Source: a virus. Taken from it: a DNA stretch of 64,000 bases. This document shows, piece by piece, positions 11,263 through 21,054 of this stretch. Every line of letters starts with the position of its first letter. Position 1 is the stretch's first letter. Where the stretch lies: IMG/VR virus record IMGVR_UViG_3300043466_002666; one strand, 5' to 3'. The position numbers and the translations under genes are program-made. Below the pieces are notes generated by a model. That model saw nothing but the letters and a program-made list of their open reading frames with translations, did no database searches and was not told the origin of the DNA.

Positions 11263-13710
11263 TTATGTATCGAAGATGGCTGGTGCTTCTCTCATGCACA
11301 GAGAAGAACTTACATCTAATAATGGTCCTTCTGTAATTCTAGATTCTGGAGCTGCAACAGTGCAGAATTTAGACCCACTAACGGTTTCTAATTCTAACGC
11401 TAATCTGTTACTTGAGGATATTCCAGCAGTTGTATCATTATTAATTGATAATCTAGTAACATTAGTCACTCCCATTATACTAGTATTAGATAATCCACCT
11501 TTCCAAACATTTTCTGCAGCGGCTTGAAATTTATTTGAAACACCAGTTCCAATATCTGTATTGGTTCCTGCACGAAGATTAATTCTGTTGCCGCCAATCA
11601 AACAGAACTTGTTTAACCCAATGTACTTATTTTCATACATTGTAGTCAATGTCCATGAACCAGATACTAAATGATTTTGTTCTGTGCAATTTGTACTAAA
11701 TGATGGAGCATAAAGATCAAGTTGACCAGATGCAGTTAATCCTATTTTAGATCCGGCAATGGCCAGTCCATTTCCAGCACTTAACATAGCATCATTTTTG
11801 TAGATAGATGTATGTTCTCCTGCGTATGTTATTTCGCTAATTTTATTAACGTTTAAATTATAATCTCCACCTACCTGTAAATGATAATTACCACCTACTT
11901 TCAAATGATAATTTCCTTTAACTGATATATGTGCATCTCCCATTATATTAATTTCTTGTTTACCAAATGTAACTTCTACTTTATTGTTACTATTGGTCAC
12001 ACGAATATTCCCAGCATCATCTACTTGGAATCCAGTTCTACTTCCTGCAGCTTCAATAACCAATCTATTATTATATGGAGTATCATCCATAACGATGATA
12101 TGTCTTTCACTTGCTTGGATAAACTGCTTAGAATATTCTGGATTCCATTTCCCTGCAATATTATTAGTTACTCTAAAATTAAATGGATTGCAATTATTTC
12201 CAGTTAATTGACATTCATTCCAATCAATTTGAATTGGAGATTCAGTAGTTCTATTACACCCAATTCCCAATATGTTCAATACAAACGCTACAATGTTTCC
12301 AACATTTGCTAGCATATTTGCATTGACATATCCATTGCTATCAAATAACTCTCCCATATCAGCAATATTGCCAACATTTTTGATGAGATCTATTATACCT
12401 TTAATAGCACTAGCAATCTCAGTTCCAACTGAAACAATTTCAAATATAGAACCAAAAATATTATTTACGCATTCTTCTGCAAATTGAATATACTTGTCTG
12501 CTTGAGCAAGTAAATCTGCAGCCATGTTCTCAACAAAGTCAACAATAAATCCTTCAATTCCATTCATTAGTGCATCTACTAATGCTTCATCAATAGTACA
12601 TGAAATTGTTCTGAGAATTTGAATGACAACTTCGGTAACTGTTTTTACAAAATATGGTATTGGACTACTGGCTGCCAGACCAATGGCATTTAATATTTTA
12701 GTAACTTCAGCCATTAGCCAAGACTTAACTTGGTTAACAATATACCAAACTAAGTTTCTAATTACATTGATACATCTATCTACAGCACTCTTTAAATCTA
12801 CAACTTTATTAGTATATCTTCCATAGATTTCAATCGGAGTATCTGTTTTTTTAATATACCTTACGGAAGAATTTATTGGGTGTGTTGATGGCTTAGTTCC
12901 ATCTGCACCTCGTTTTACATTAACTAGCGATTTTTCATTTTTTCCATTATATCCAATTATCTCATTTCCTATTTTAATTTTTCCTATTGGTGGAAATTGT
13001 GATACATTACTTACAGTAACATACTGCTCTTCAATTGACAAATCCCTAGTCAATATTGGATTTCCAGCATTTGGATTATATACAACCCCGGTTTTAAAAA
13101 TATTTCCAAGTCCTTCAATACAACGTTTGATATCTTCTACAATTGTTTTTGCTGGGCCATCTTTTCCATCAGCAATTGAAGTTGCACCCAAATTTCCAGA
13201 TGGATTTGACGGAGATGCAGGTAATGATGCAGCAGCAACTGAATCTGATGCTAGACCACCTTCATCATTGGTTCTTTCTGAATCTTGTGGCTGACCTGTT
13301 TTACTTTTGTTGGGAGATATAGCATTAACTGCACCTGGATTATTTGCAGCTGCAACTGTATCTGGTTCTATAAATATTGGTCTAATTTGACTATAAAATG
13401 ATCCCATTACTACAGGTTGCTGGCAGTCTGGATAATCAAGAAAAAATCCCATCACAAAACTACCAGCTTTTAATCCTCCATTAGCTGCATTGCCAATTCC
13501 ACTGACTGCAGCGTTTGTAGTTGGCTGCAAGACAAGTGCCCATGGAAGATTCTCTGGTTTCTCAAAAGGATCATGAAACCCAAGAATCTTTACACGTACT
13601 CTTCCTAACTTTGCATCTCGATCATCTGGGTTCTCAACAGTCCCCAGCCACCAAGTGAAATCATTATTACCAAGAAATGCTGAGTTTTGTAATGTAGGAT
13701 TAATTGACAT
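11263..13710 (-). CDS. gp5: Baseplate hub / central spike protein gp5-like
   Basis: N-terminal OB-fold motif WWLGTVEN...LGRVRVKILGFH...LPWA...VMGFFLD...QPVVMG; C-terminal VxGxxxxx beta-helix repeats. Confidence 0.85.
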   Translation of the reverse strand: MSINPTLQNSAFLGNNDFTWWLGTVENPDDRDAKLGRVRVKILGFHDPFEKPENLPWALVLQPTTNAAVSGIGNAANGGLKAGSFVMGFFLDYPDCQQPVVMGSFYSQIRPIFIEPDTVAAANNPGAVNAISPNKSKTGQPQDSERTNDEGGLASDSVAAASLPASPSNPSGNLGATSIADGKDGPAKTIVEDIKRCIEGLGNIFKTGVVYNPNAGNPILTRDLSIEEQYVTVSNVSQFPPIGKIKIGNEIIGYNGKNEKSLVNVKRGADGTKPSTHPINSSVRYIKKTDTPIEIYGRYTNKVVDLKSAVDRCINVIRNLVWYIVNQVKSWLMAEVTKILNAIGLAASSPIPYFVKTVTEVVIQILRTISCTIDEALVDALMNGIEGFIVDFVENMAADLLAQADKYIQFAEECVNNIFGSIFEIVSVGTEIASAIKGIIDLIKNVGNIADMGELFDSNGYVNANMLANVGNIVAFVLNILGIGCNRTTESPIQIDWNECQLTGNNCNPFNFRVTNNIAGKWNPEYSKQFIQASERHIIVMDDTPYNNRLVIEAAGSRTGFQVDDAGNIRVTNSNNKVEVTFGKQEINIMGDAHISVKGNYHLKVGGNYHLQVGGDYNLNVNKISEITYAGEHTSIYKNDAMLSAGNGLAIAGSKIGLTASGQLDLYAPSFSTNCTEQNHLVSGSWTLTTMYENKYIGLNKFCLIGGNRINLRAGTNTDIGTGVSNKFQAAAENVWKGGLSNTSIMGVTNVTRLSINNDTTAGISSSNRLALELETVSGSKFCTVAAPESRITEGPLLDVSSSLCMREAPAIFDT

Positions 13711-13713
13711 CTA

Positions 13714-13929
13714 TCACACTTCGTATATACGGCATTCAGGAGCATCTGGATTTTCATCGCAATATAGCTCTAGTGGAGTTGGATCACTTGTTTGATTTGG
13801 GTGATTCTCCTTATATTTAATTAAAGATTCCAGTTCACTTTCTAGATATCTGCGTCTTTGTGAATTGGTGTTGCCATCCAACAATTCATTTTTGTTTTTA
13901 TTGATGTGTTGGTCTATGTTCTGATCCAT
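13714..13929 (-). CDS. cp12: Calvin cycle inhibitor CP12
   Basis: C-terminal PLELYCDENPDAPECRIYE CP12 signature. Confidence 0.9.
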   Translation of the reverse strand: MDQNIDQHINKNKNELLDGNTNSQRRRYLESELESLIKYKENHPNQTSDPTPLELYCDENPDAPECRIYEV

Positions 13930-15236
13930 TAAAACGTTGCTCCGCTAGGGACATTAGTTTGTTTAATTTCATTGCCACCAAATGAATCTCTTGTTAATGT
14001 AGCAATAGTTCTAAGTTCAGTTCTATTTAGGATGGTATGCTTAACTGAATGAACTATATATCTTCCACTAATTCTAGTATCTTCTTTAATTCTACCATCT
14101 TTACCTTTTTTGGGAGATGGTATCGAAATATTGATTACATATCCTGGCTGCAATTTTAAATCTCCTGGAATTGCTATTTCTAGTTTGTTATATTCTAAAA
14201 AGTAATATCTATAAATTGACTTTTCGTAATTTTTATTTACTTCATCTACATGATTTAATTTTTCGATTTCATCATTCGATAAATCTTTCCAGCCAAATGT
14301 AGATATTGTTGTTGGTCTATAGATTAATCTAGAGGGCTTTAATAATAATTCATTATCTTGAAATGGAGTCATCTTATTTAAATGACTCATATCTTTCCAG
14401 TATGTAGATGCATTTGTATTCCAATTTTGAAAATTTCTATTATTGATATCTACATATAAAGCATTATGTGCGAATGCACCATTACGAAGATCATCCAGAA
14501 TATCAAATGCTTTTGGAGAGGAGTAATTTAGTATTCTATAGTTGTTTAATTCTGTTTTCGATACTTTAGTATTTCCCTGAATAAAAGTATATTTTGTTCT
14601 TTTATTTGGATATGCATCTGCGTCAAATAGTACATCTAGTGATTTGTAATTATATCCATCAACCGTCTCATAGAAAAGATATCCCACGGAGGATTTATTT
14701 TTTACAGGTACACTTCTTCTTGACATCCAAATTGCAGCATCAAACAATCTCCAATTTGGGACATACATATCAAACGGATATAACGTTTCGTCTACATTTT
14801 TAAATTGTTTATCAGAAATTGATTTAATTTTTTCTTTCAAAAATACTTCTGCTTTTTTTCCATCAACTCTTTCACGAATTCTGGTGTATTCATTATCCAA
14901 AACTTCTTTGCTGACTGCATGAATTACATATGCCTGATTTTTTTCTTGCATCACTCGACCATCAATCTTGTGAATATAGAAATTTAAGGTGTAATTTGCA
15001 GCTAGTGTTGATAATACAAGTTGAATTTGCTCTCTTCCAATCAAAGGTAAAGTTTCAATTAAATTTTCCCCGATATCATTTATAACTAATTGACAGTATA
15101 TACTCGACGAAATAATACTTTGATAGAAAGTAACTTCATGCACTAACTCTTTAATGTCAAGTTTACTTTGATTGGCATTTAGTGGGTATAGAAATACAGA
15201 TTTTAGAGAAAAATCTCCAGTAAATTCTTGATTCAT
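13929..15236 (-). CDS. Baseplate hub protein (gp27/VgrG-hub-like)
   Basis: YLFYETVDGYNYKSLD, IPGDLKLQPG and SGRYIVHSVKH motifs of hub proteins; position next to gp5. Confidence 0.6.
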   Translation of the reverse strand: MNQEFTGDFSLKSVFLYPLNANQSKLDIKELVHEVTFYQSIISSSIYCQLVINDIGENLIETLPLIGREQIQLVLSTLAANYTLNFYIHKIDGRVMQEKNQAYVIHAVSKEVLDNEYTRIRERVDGKKAEVFLKEKIKSISDKQFKNVDETLYPFDMYVPNWRLFDAAIWMSRRSVPVKNKSSVGYLFYETVDGYNYKSLDVLFDADAYPNKRTKYTFIQGNTKVSKTELNNYRILNYSSPKAFDILDDLRNGAFAHNALYVDINNRNFQNWNTNASTYWKDMSHLNKMTPFQDNELLLKPSRLIYRPTTISTFGWKDLSNDEIEKLNHVDEVNKNYEKSIYRYYFLEYNKLEIAIPGDLKLQPGYVINISIPSPKKGKDGRIKEDTRISGRYIVHSVKHTILNRTELRTIATLTRDSFGGNEIKQTNVPSGATF

Positions 15237-18190
15237 TAGAGTCTTGTCTTGAGGTTAAATGCTAGTGAACTATCTATTGAAGAATATGATCCTGCAGAAT
15301 AGTCTGGAAATTCCACTGGAGTTATCAGGTTGGTGTTTGTTATTGTATTGGTTCCGCTCATCATAATGTATGTATCTGAATATGCAGTAACATCTTTAGC
15401 TGCTTGAAGATATTGCATACTGTCCTTTTCCATTTGTGCTCCATTAAATTTAGCTGGAGCATTTAACATTTGATATAATTTTCCAAGACTTTCTGATACT
15501 TTAATAGGATCAAATGCTGGTTGTTGATCTTGAGTAGATTCTTCAGCAGGAGCCACCCTATCAGCTTCAACTGTTGGTGTTTGAGCTGCTGGAGATGTTG
15601 CTTGACCAGGAGTTCCACCTTTTCTCAGTAATGAAAACAATCCTTGAGTTAATGGATCAACCTTACCATTTAAAGTTTCTGCTAAATCTTTTTTTGTAGT
15701 GTGTTGTTCTAGGTGTAAATGTGCTCCACCAGATCTTCCTGCACCAGGAGTTTTTGGCACACCTCCACTCATTGCAATTACAGAATTAGGATTAAAATTT
15801 TGACCCTCTTTTACCCAAGAAGGAATAGAACTTAAATGTGCAAGTCTAGCAATCTTTCCATCAGTTAATTTAACATCCATATATTGACCATAGCCACCAT
15901 TAGCTTCTTTTTCTACACTAGAAGTTCTACTAATTTTCATAAACTGTCCACCCAGCGTAAATGATAATGGAGTTCCAGACCCAAATGCAATATCTATTCC
16001 TTCATGTGCATGTTTTCGGAATGATTCTTTCTTGCCAAATTTACTAGTAATATCTCCTCTAGACACCAATCCACCAGTTTGCATTTTTGCAACACCAGCA
16101 GTGTTGAAAGTATGTCTCTTATAATTTGTTTCGTTTACTTGTTGAGAAGTATCTATACCTGCACCCGCAGAATAATTTCTAAATCCAGTTGCATTGATCA
16201 AATACTTAATAGTATTTCCACTTAGACCTTCAGCTTCTAATGCAGATTTCAATTTAGATTTATCCATGCCCATTGCTAGGGCTTTTTCTGCAAGATCTAA
16301 AGATCCTTTACCCCATTGCTTATTAATATTACCATTACTAACTGGAGTGTATTGTCCTGGGCCATATATAATTCCACGAATACTTTTATCATTTGCACCA
16401 TAGAATCCTGCTGATTTGCCAGAATCTAATATTCTCTTTCTATTGAGTACAGAATTTACAACTAGTGCCATACCAACAACACCTTCACCAGCAGCTTCTG
16501 CAAGTGCAAGTTGTTTTAGTAAAGTTCTATCATCAGCAGAAGATAAATCTACTTCACCAGTAAGGTCACCAATATCTTCAGCAGGATCTCCTGGTCTTCT
16601 TTTATTTTTAGATTTTTTAGTAAAATCTAGATTAATAATATTGTTTAAAATGTCTGCAAGTATTTCACGAATACTATTGCCAGAATTATATCTTGCTTTC
16701 TTGGATTCTTCTGATGATTCTTTCTTTGCAATGATATTTAAAGTTTTATTTAAACCAAGTACCTTTTCAAGTTCTGAATTAGATGATTGTTTCTTTTGAT
16801 CAATATTAAACCCACCTGTTGTTCCACCAATATCAGATGTAAATACATAATTACTTGACCCAAATTCTCTTCGATAAGGTGATAATAAACTAGATGCATA
16901 TGGACGAATTGTTAATCCAATAGGTCCTAGAGAAGATATGACAGCATCAATTCCACCAATCATTGAGGATGCAACTACTCCCATAGGAGCATTTAATATA
17001 GTCCCATCGTAAATTCTAGGCAGAGGAATAACTGCTTCTGGTCCTGCTTCACCAATAAGTGCTCTAGTTGGTTTTGTTACAATACCACCCACTGCAAGAG
17101 CAGGTTCTTTTGGTGCAGAAAATCCTTTAAAGAATCCATATAATTTATCTCCAACCCAATCACCAAGTAATCCACCAACAACAGCACCAAACGTAGCACC
17201 AGCAGCAGTACCAGCAAATGGAATGATACTTCCCAATGCTCCCATGACAATACCACCAAGCCATGCACCAATGCTAGATCCAATCAGCTTTACTGCAGCT
17301 TTATCTAATGGATCTCCAAAAATTAAGTTGAGTCCAAATCCAATAACAGGACCAATCAATGGAATTTTACTTAATGGTTTTGCTGCAGTTTTTATTGTAT
17401 TTTTTACAAATTCTTTTGCTGAAGCAAATCCAATTTTAGATGCTACTTTTACTAAAAACTTTAATGCGTTCTTTCCAAATACTTTAAGTATAACTCGTTT
17501 AATTCCAGCAGTTAATCCTTTGGAGTATGCAATATAGAGATTAGGATTTAATAATTTAAATATTCCTTCAATAGCTTCTTTGAATTTACCAGATCCTATA
17601 TTTGTAAATACCTTACCAATATTCTTACCATTCTTTAGAATCCATACAATGTCTTTTAATATCTGACCTGGGAATAATAACCTCTTGATGATAAAAAATC
17701 CACCAATAGCTTTAAATACACCAAAGAATCTTTCTAAAAAACTACCTCCAAATAAAACACTATGCAATCCACCAAGAACACCTTCGACACCAACTCCAGC
17801 AATAAAGTCAATCATCTTGAATATATTTTTCATTGCCTTAGCAATTTCACCAAGAGACTTTACATTCTCTGGCTGAGACATCCATTGAAGAATTTTATAC
17901 CCTGCAAAAAATTTGAACAAGTCATATAATTTCACTGACTGTTCTTTTATTTTACCTCGTACAGCACCCGAAACTGTATTAGACTTTTTTAATTCTTGAC
18001 TTCTTTCTCTTTCTGATATTGCAGATCTATCAATTGATTCTTTTTGAATTTTGAAAAATTTTTTCTCTAAGTCAAAATTTTTCTTTTTCTGTAATACTAA
18101 ATTTTTGGCAACACCATGTACCGTCTTCAACTCTTTGAGACGAGTATTACCTATAATGGAAGCTGGTCTAACTGGTGTTAAATTTTCCAT
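15236..18190 (-). CDS. Tape-measure-like virion protein with SleB-type (Hydrolase_2) and peptidase M23 domains
   Basis: LALAEAAGEGVVGMALVVNSVLNR (cell wall hydrolase); HEGIDIA and GAHLHLE (M23 HxxxD/HxH); Gly-rich hydrophobic helices. Confidence 0.7.
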   Translation of the reverse strand: MENLTPVRPASIIGNTRLKELKTVHGVAKNLVLQKKKNFDLEKKFFKIQKESIDRSAISERERSQELKKSNTVSGAVRGKIKEQSVKLYDLFKFFAGYKILQWMSQPENVKSLGEIAKAMKNIFKMIDFIAGVGVEGVLGGLHSVLFGGSFLERFFGVFKAIGGFFIIKRLLFPGQILKDIVWILKNGKNIGKVFTNIGSGKFKEAIEGIFKLLNPNLYIAYSKGLTAGIKRVILKVFGKNALKFLVKVASKIGFASAKEFVKNTIKTAAKPLSKIPLIGPVIGFGLNLIFGDPLDKAAVKLIGSSIGAWLGGIVMGALGSIIPFAGTAAGATFGAVVGGLLGDWVGDKLYGFFKGFSAPKEPALAVGGIVTKPTRALIGEAGPEAVIPLPRIYDGTILNAPMGVVASSMIGGIDAVISSLGPIGLTIRPYASSLLSPYRREFGSSNYVFTSDIGGTTGGFNIDQKKQSSNSELEKVLGLNKTLNIIAKKESSEESKKARYNSGNSIREILADILNNIINLDFTKKSKNKRRPGDPAEDIGDLTGEVDLSSADDRTLLKQLALAEAAGEGVVGMALVVNSVLNRKRILDSGKSAGFYGANDKSIRGIIYGPGQYTPVSNGNINKQWGKGSLDLAEKALAMGMDKSKLKSALEAEGLSGNTIKYLINATGFRNYSAGAGIDTSQQVNETNYKRHTFNTAGVAKMQTGGLVSRGDITSKFGKKESFRKHAHEGIDIAFGSGTPLSFTLGGQFMKISRTSSVEKEANGGYGQYMDVKLTDGKIARLAHLSSIPSWVKEGQNFNPNSVIAMSGGVPKTPGAGRSGGAHLHLEQHTTKKDLAETLNGKVDPLTQGLFSLLRKGGTPGQATSPAAQTPTVEADRVAPAEESTQDQQPAFDPIKVSESLGKLYQMLNAPAKFNGAQMEKDSMQYLQAAKDVTAYSDTYIMMSGTNTITNTNLITPVEFPDYSAGSYSSIDSSLAFNLKTRL

Positions 18191-18191
18191 T

Positions 18192-20861
18192 TTATGGTGC
18201 TATCGGATAGTTAATTAATGGATTTGGTGGAGTTGTATTTCCAAGTGCCGCAGTCATTGGCTGTGAAGTTGTTTGTGTAATAGTTTTATTTGGTTGTCCC
18301 AGTGTAATAACATTGCCACCAGTTTTGGATTGGCTTCTAGATTGACTTTGAAGTTGTAAATTTTCTTTTTGAACTCTCTGTAAATTTCCAGATGATTGTG
18401 AAACAGTCTGGGTTATTTTTGGTGGTGTTGCTGGCTTTGGTGTTGAAGTTAATTCTTGATTAGGTGAAGGAGCATTCAACATCTTGAATAATTTCCCAAG
18501 ACTTTCTGCAGCAGATGTTGCCATTTCTGCAGTAAATTCTGATGAAGTATTATTTTGATCTTGATTTGTCGTATCTGTAGCTGCAGTTGAAGATGTTTGC
18601 CCACTTACAGAGGGAGTAGCTTTACCTTTTGTCCATGCAATTGGTTCTACTTTTCCCCCAATTGTTCCATTCCAAGAACTTCCAATCTCCCAATGTAAGT
18701 GTGGACCAGTACTTCTTCCCCCACCATGTTGATGTCCACTAGAAGCAACTTGTTCTCCAGTTTTTATCAAATCTCCTTGTTTCTTGGCATACGAACTGAC
18801 ATGACCAAACAATGAGAATATTCCATTATTACTTTTTAGAACAATATAATTTCCCCATCCACCAGGATTTTTATTAATCTCATGAACTTTCCCATCAAAA
18901 GGAGATAGTAATGGAGTTCCCACAGGCATTGGTAAATCTCTTGCTGTATACCCATGTTCAAGACCTCTACCCATCACAACTCCTTTAGAGTCTTCTGGAA
19001 CTGGTGCCCAACCACCGCCAAGTTTCAGAAACTTTCTAGTTGCCACTGGACCACCACTACCAAATCTAGGATATAATCCATAATTAATTTGATCGAGAAC
19101 CTTTGGTCCTCCCATTCCATTAACTGCATTTTTATTCAACACATATTCGTTTGGTTCTAATAGTGCAGGAATCTTATCTCCGACTCCTTGGCCGGGAACC
19201 GCACCAGAGGTAGAAGATCGGTCAAATATTGGAGAGATGGAAGGGGCAGCAGATGGAGCCGCTGGAGCTGCTGGTGGAGCTGCTGGAGTGGCTGCTGGTC
19301 CAGGTGGAGTGGTAGCTGAGGGTACAGTGGCAGACTTATTCTGTTTACTTATCAAAGCACCCAATATATTTCCAAGCAATCCTTTGACAGTTGTATCTCT
19401 ACTAGCATTGAAATCTTCACCTTTCTGTTGATTTATATTGATCTCTTGTTTTCCAAATAATTCTGCAACATCTCCCATTCCAGACGTTACCATCTCACCA
19501 ACACCACCAACAAAGCCAGTCATTCCAGACACTAATCCAGGTGGCAATCCAAATCCAGATGCAATATTAGAAATCAAAGGTTTTATAAATTGACCAATTC
19601 CAGGAATTTTTCCTACAGTAGATGAAATTAATGCTAATATTCCAGCTCCAATAATCTTAAAAGGTAACGTCAATAACTTCATGAATTTAGGAATTACCTT
19701 ATTGGTAGTTGCCTTGAATCCATCAATTCCAAATGAACCCAATTTGTCTAATGGAAGGATTGCTTCTGGACCAGCCTCACCGACGATAGCTTCAGTTGGC
19801 TTTGTTACAATTCCACCCTTTGCTAACTTTGGAAGTTCTTCTTGAGACTTACTTCCTGTAAATAATGACTTGATAGATCCACCAATTTTTGCACCGATGT
19901 CAGTAGCAATATCTATTCCTGGGAATAGAGTTTTTAAAATATTTTTGCCAATATTTGATAGAGATTCTTTTGCCTTTTCTCCTAAATCTCCTTGCCCAGT
20001 TTTATCAGATTCTGCAGATGTTTCTGCTGGAGATTCTGCTGGCTTTTTAGTATCTACTGATTGCTCAGCTTGACCTTGAAGTTCTTTTTGTCCACCAAGC
20101 AATCCATTGGTTAAAACAGATTCTAGAAAATTTGGTAATAGATTAGTTAAAAATTTTACTGTCAGTGAAATTGCATTTGGAATGCTTGCAAAGACTGATG
20201 TTACATCCTCTATAGTTTTAAGTAGCCATTCGACTCCACCACCAATCCATCTAAAACTAAAAAACTCTGCAACCTTACCGACAAAATCAAATACCCCATT
20301 GATTACCTTAGAAGTAACCGTAATGGTTTTCATTAATACATCAACACCAAATTCAGTGACTGCACTAATGAATTTAAATATCTTTGTGAATAAAGTTACA
20401 AAGTCCTGAATTTTTTTTGAGTTTGCTGGGTTGGATGCCCACTGAAGAACTTTGTATCCAACAAAAAATTTCAAGAGATTCTTAAAGAATTCTCCAATCA
20501 TAGAAAGGTCAGACTTTGCCTTTTCTACAATAGAATTTGCATTTGATTTTTTTCCACCTCTTCCTCTACCTTCTTCTTGTAATCTTTCTCTTTCTCTAGA
20601 TTTTCTTCTTTGTTCTTCCTTTGCAAAGTTTAAAATTCTATCTCCAAGAAAACTATAATACTTTTTCTCGATGGCAAGTAAAGTTCCAAGGGTTTTTCTA
20701 ATCTGACCTAATTCTTCAATCTCTTTTTTGGCGATAATATTCCCAGACAATCTAATAGGTCTCCCCCCAGTAATAGCTGATGGATTTACTGGGGAAAGTC
20801 TTCTAGATCGGAGAGACTCAGCAAATGATTGCATTGATGTCTGGGTTTGTCTTTCTGCCAT
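18192..20861 (-). CDS. Tape-measure-like virion protein with peptidase M23-like domain
   Basis: PVGTPLLSPFDG, GWGNYIV, LFGHV and STGPHLHWEI; shares GGIVTKPT...GEAGPEA with the neighbouring gene. Confidence 0.7.
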   Translation of the reverse strand: MAERQTQTSMQSFAESLRSRRLSPVNPSAITGGRPIRLSGNIIAKKEIEELGQIRKTLGTLLAIEKKYYSFLGDRILNFAKEEQRRKSRERERLQEEGRGRGGKKSNANSIVEKAKSDLSMIGEFFKNLLKFFVGYKVLQWASNPANSKKIQDFVTLFTKIFKFISAVTEFGVDVLMKTITVTSKVINGVFDFVGKVAEFFSFRWIGGGVEWLLKTIEDVTSVFASIPNAISLTVKFLTNLLPNFLESVLTNGLLGGQKELQGQAEQSVDTKKPAESPAETSAESDKTGQGDLGEKAKESLSNIGKNILKTLFPGIDIATDIGAKIGGSIKSLFTGSKSQEELPKLAKGGIVTKPTEAIVGEAGPEAILPLDKLGSFGIDGFKATTNKVIPKFMKLLTLPFKIIGAGILALISSTVGKIPGIGQFIKPLISNIASGFGLPPGLVSGMTGFVGGVGEMVTSGMGDVAELFGKQEININQQKGEDFNASRDTTVKGLLGNILGALISKQNKSATVPSATTPPGPAATPAAPPAAPAAPSAAPSISPIFDRSSTSGAVPGQGVGDKIPALLEPNEYVLNKNAVNGMGGPKVLDQINYGLYPRFGSGGPVATRKFLKLGGGWAPVPEDSKGVVMGRGLEHGYTARDLPMPVGTPLLSPFDGKVHEINKNPGGWGNYIVLKSNNGIFSLFGHVSSYAKKQGDLIKTGEQVASSGHQHGGGRSTGPHLHWEIGSSWNGTIGGKVEPIAWTKGKATPSVSGQTSSTAATDTTNQDQNNTSSEFTAEMATSAAESLGKLFKMLNAPSPNQELTSTPKPATPPKITQTVSQSSGNLQRVQKENLQLQSQSRSQSKTGGNVITLGQPNKTITQTTSQPMTAALGNTTPPNPLINYPIAP

Positions 20862-20865
20862 TTAC

Positions 20866-21054
20866 TTACAACGATGTTGTTGTTTTATTTTTGAGATTCT
20901 CTTCTTCAATGTAATCTACCAACATTTGCACATATATTTCTCTTTCCCACGGAAGCATATTTTCAATTTCTGAAAGAGCCCACTTATGATGTTGAAGTAA
21001 TATAAAATTAATTCTGAAGAAATTTTCTAGCGACTCATGTGCTAGGGCTATGCG
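20866..21054 (-). CDS. gp51: gp51-like baseplate hub assembly protein, -1 frame extension of gp26 with no start codon of its own
   Basis: 62-codon frame RIALAHESLENFFRINFILLQHHKWALSEIENMLPWEREIYVQMLVDYIEEENLK... beginning at slippery site T-TTT-TTC; not in the ORF track. Confidence 0.75.
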   Translation of the reverse strand, partial: RIALAHESLENFFRINFILLQHHKWALSEIENMLPWEREIYVQMLVDYIEEENLKNKTTTSL

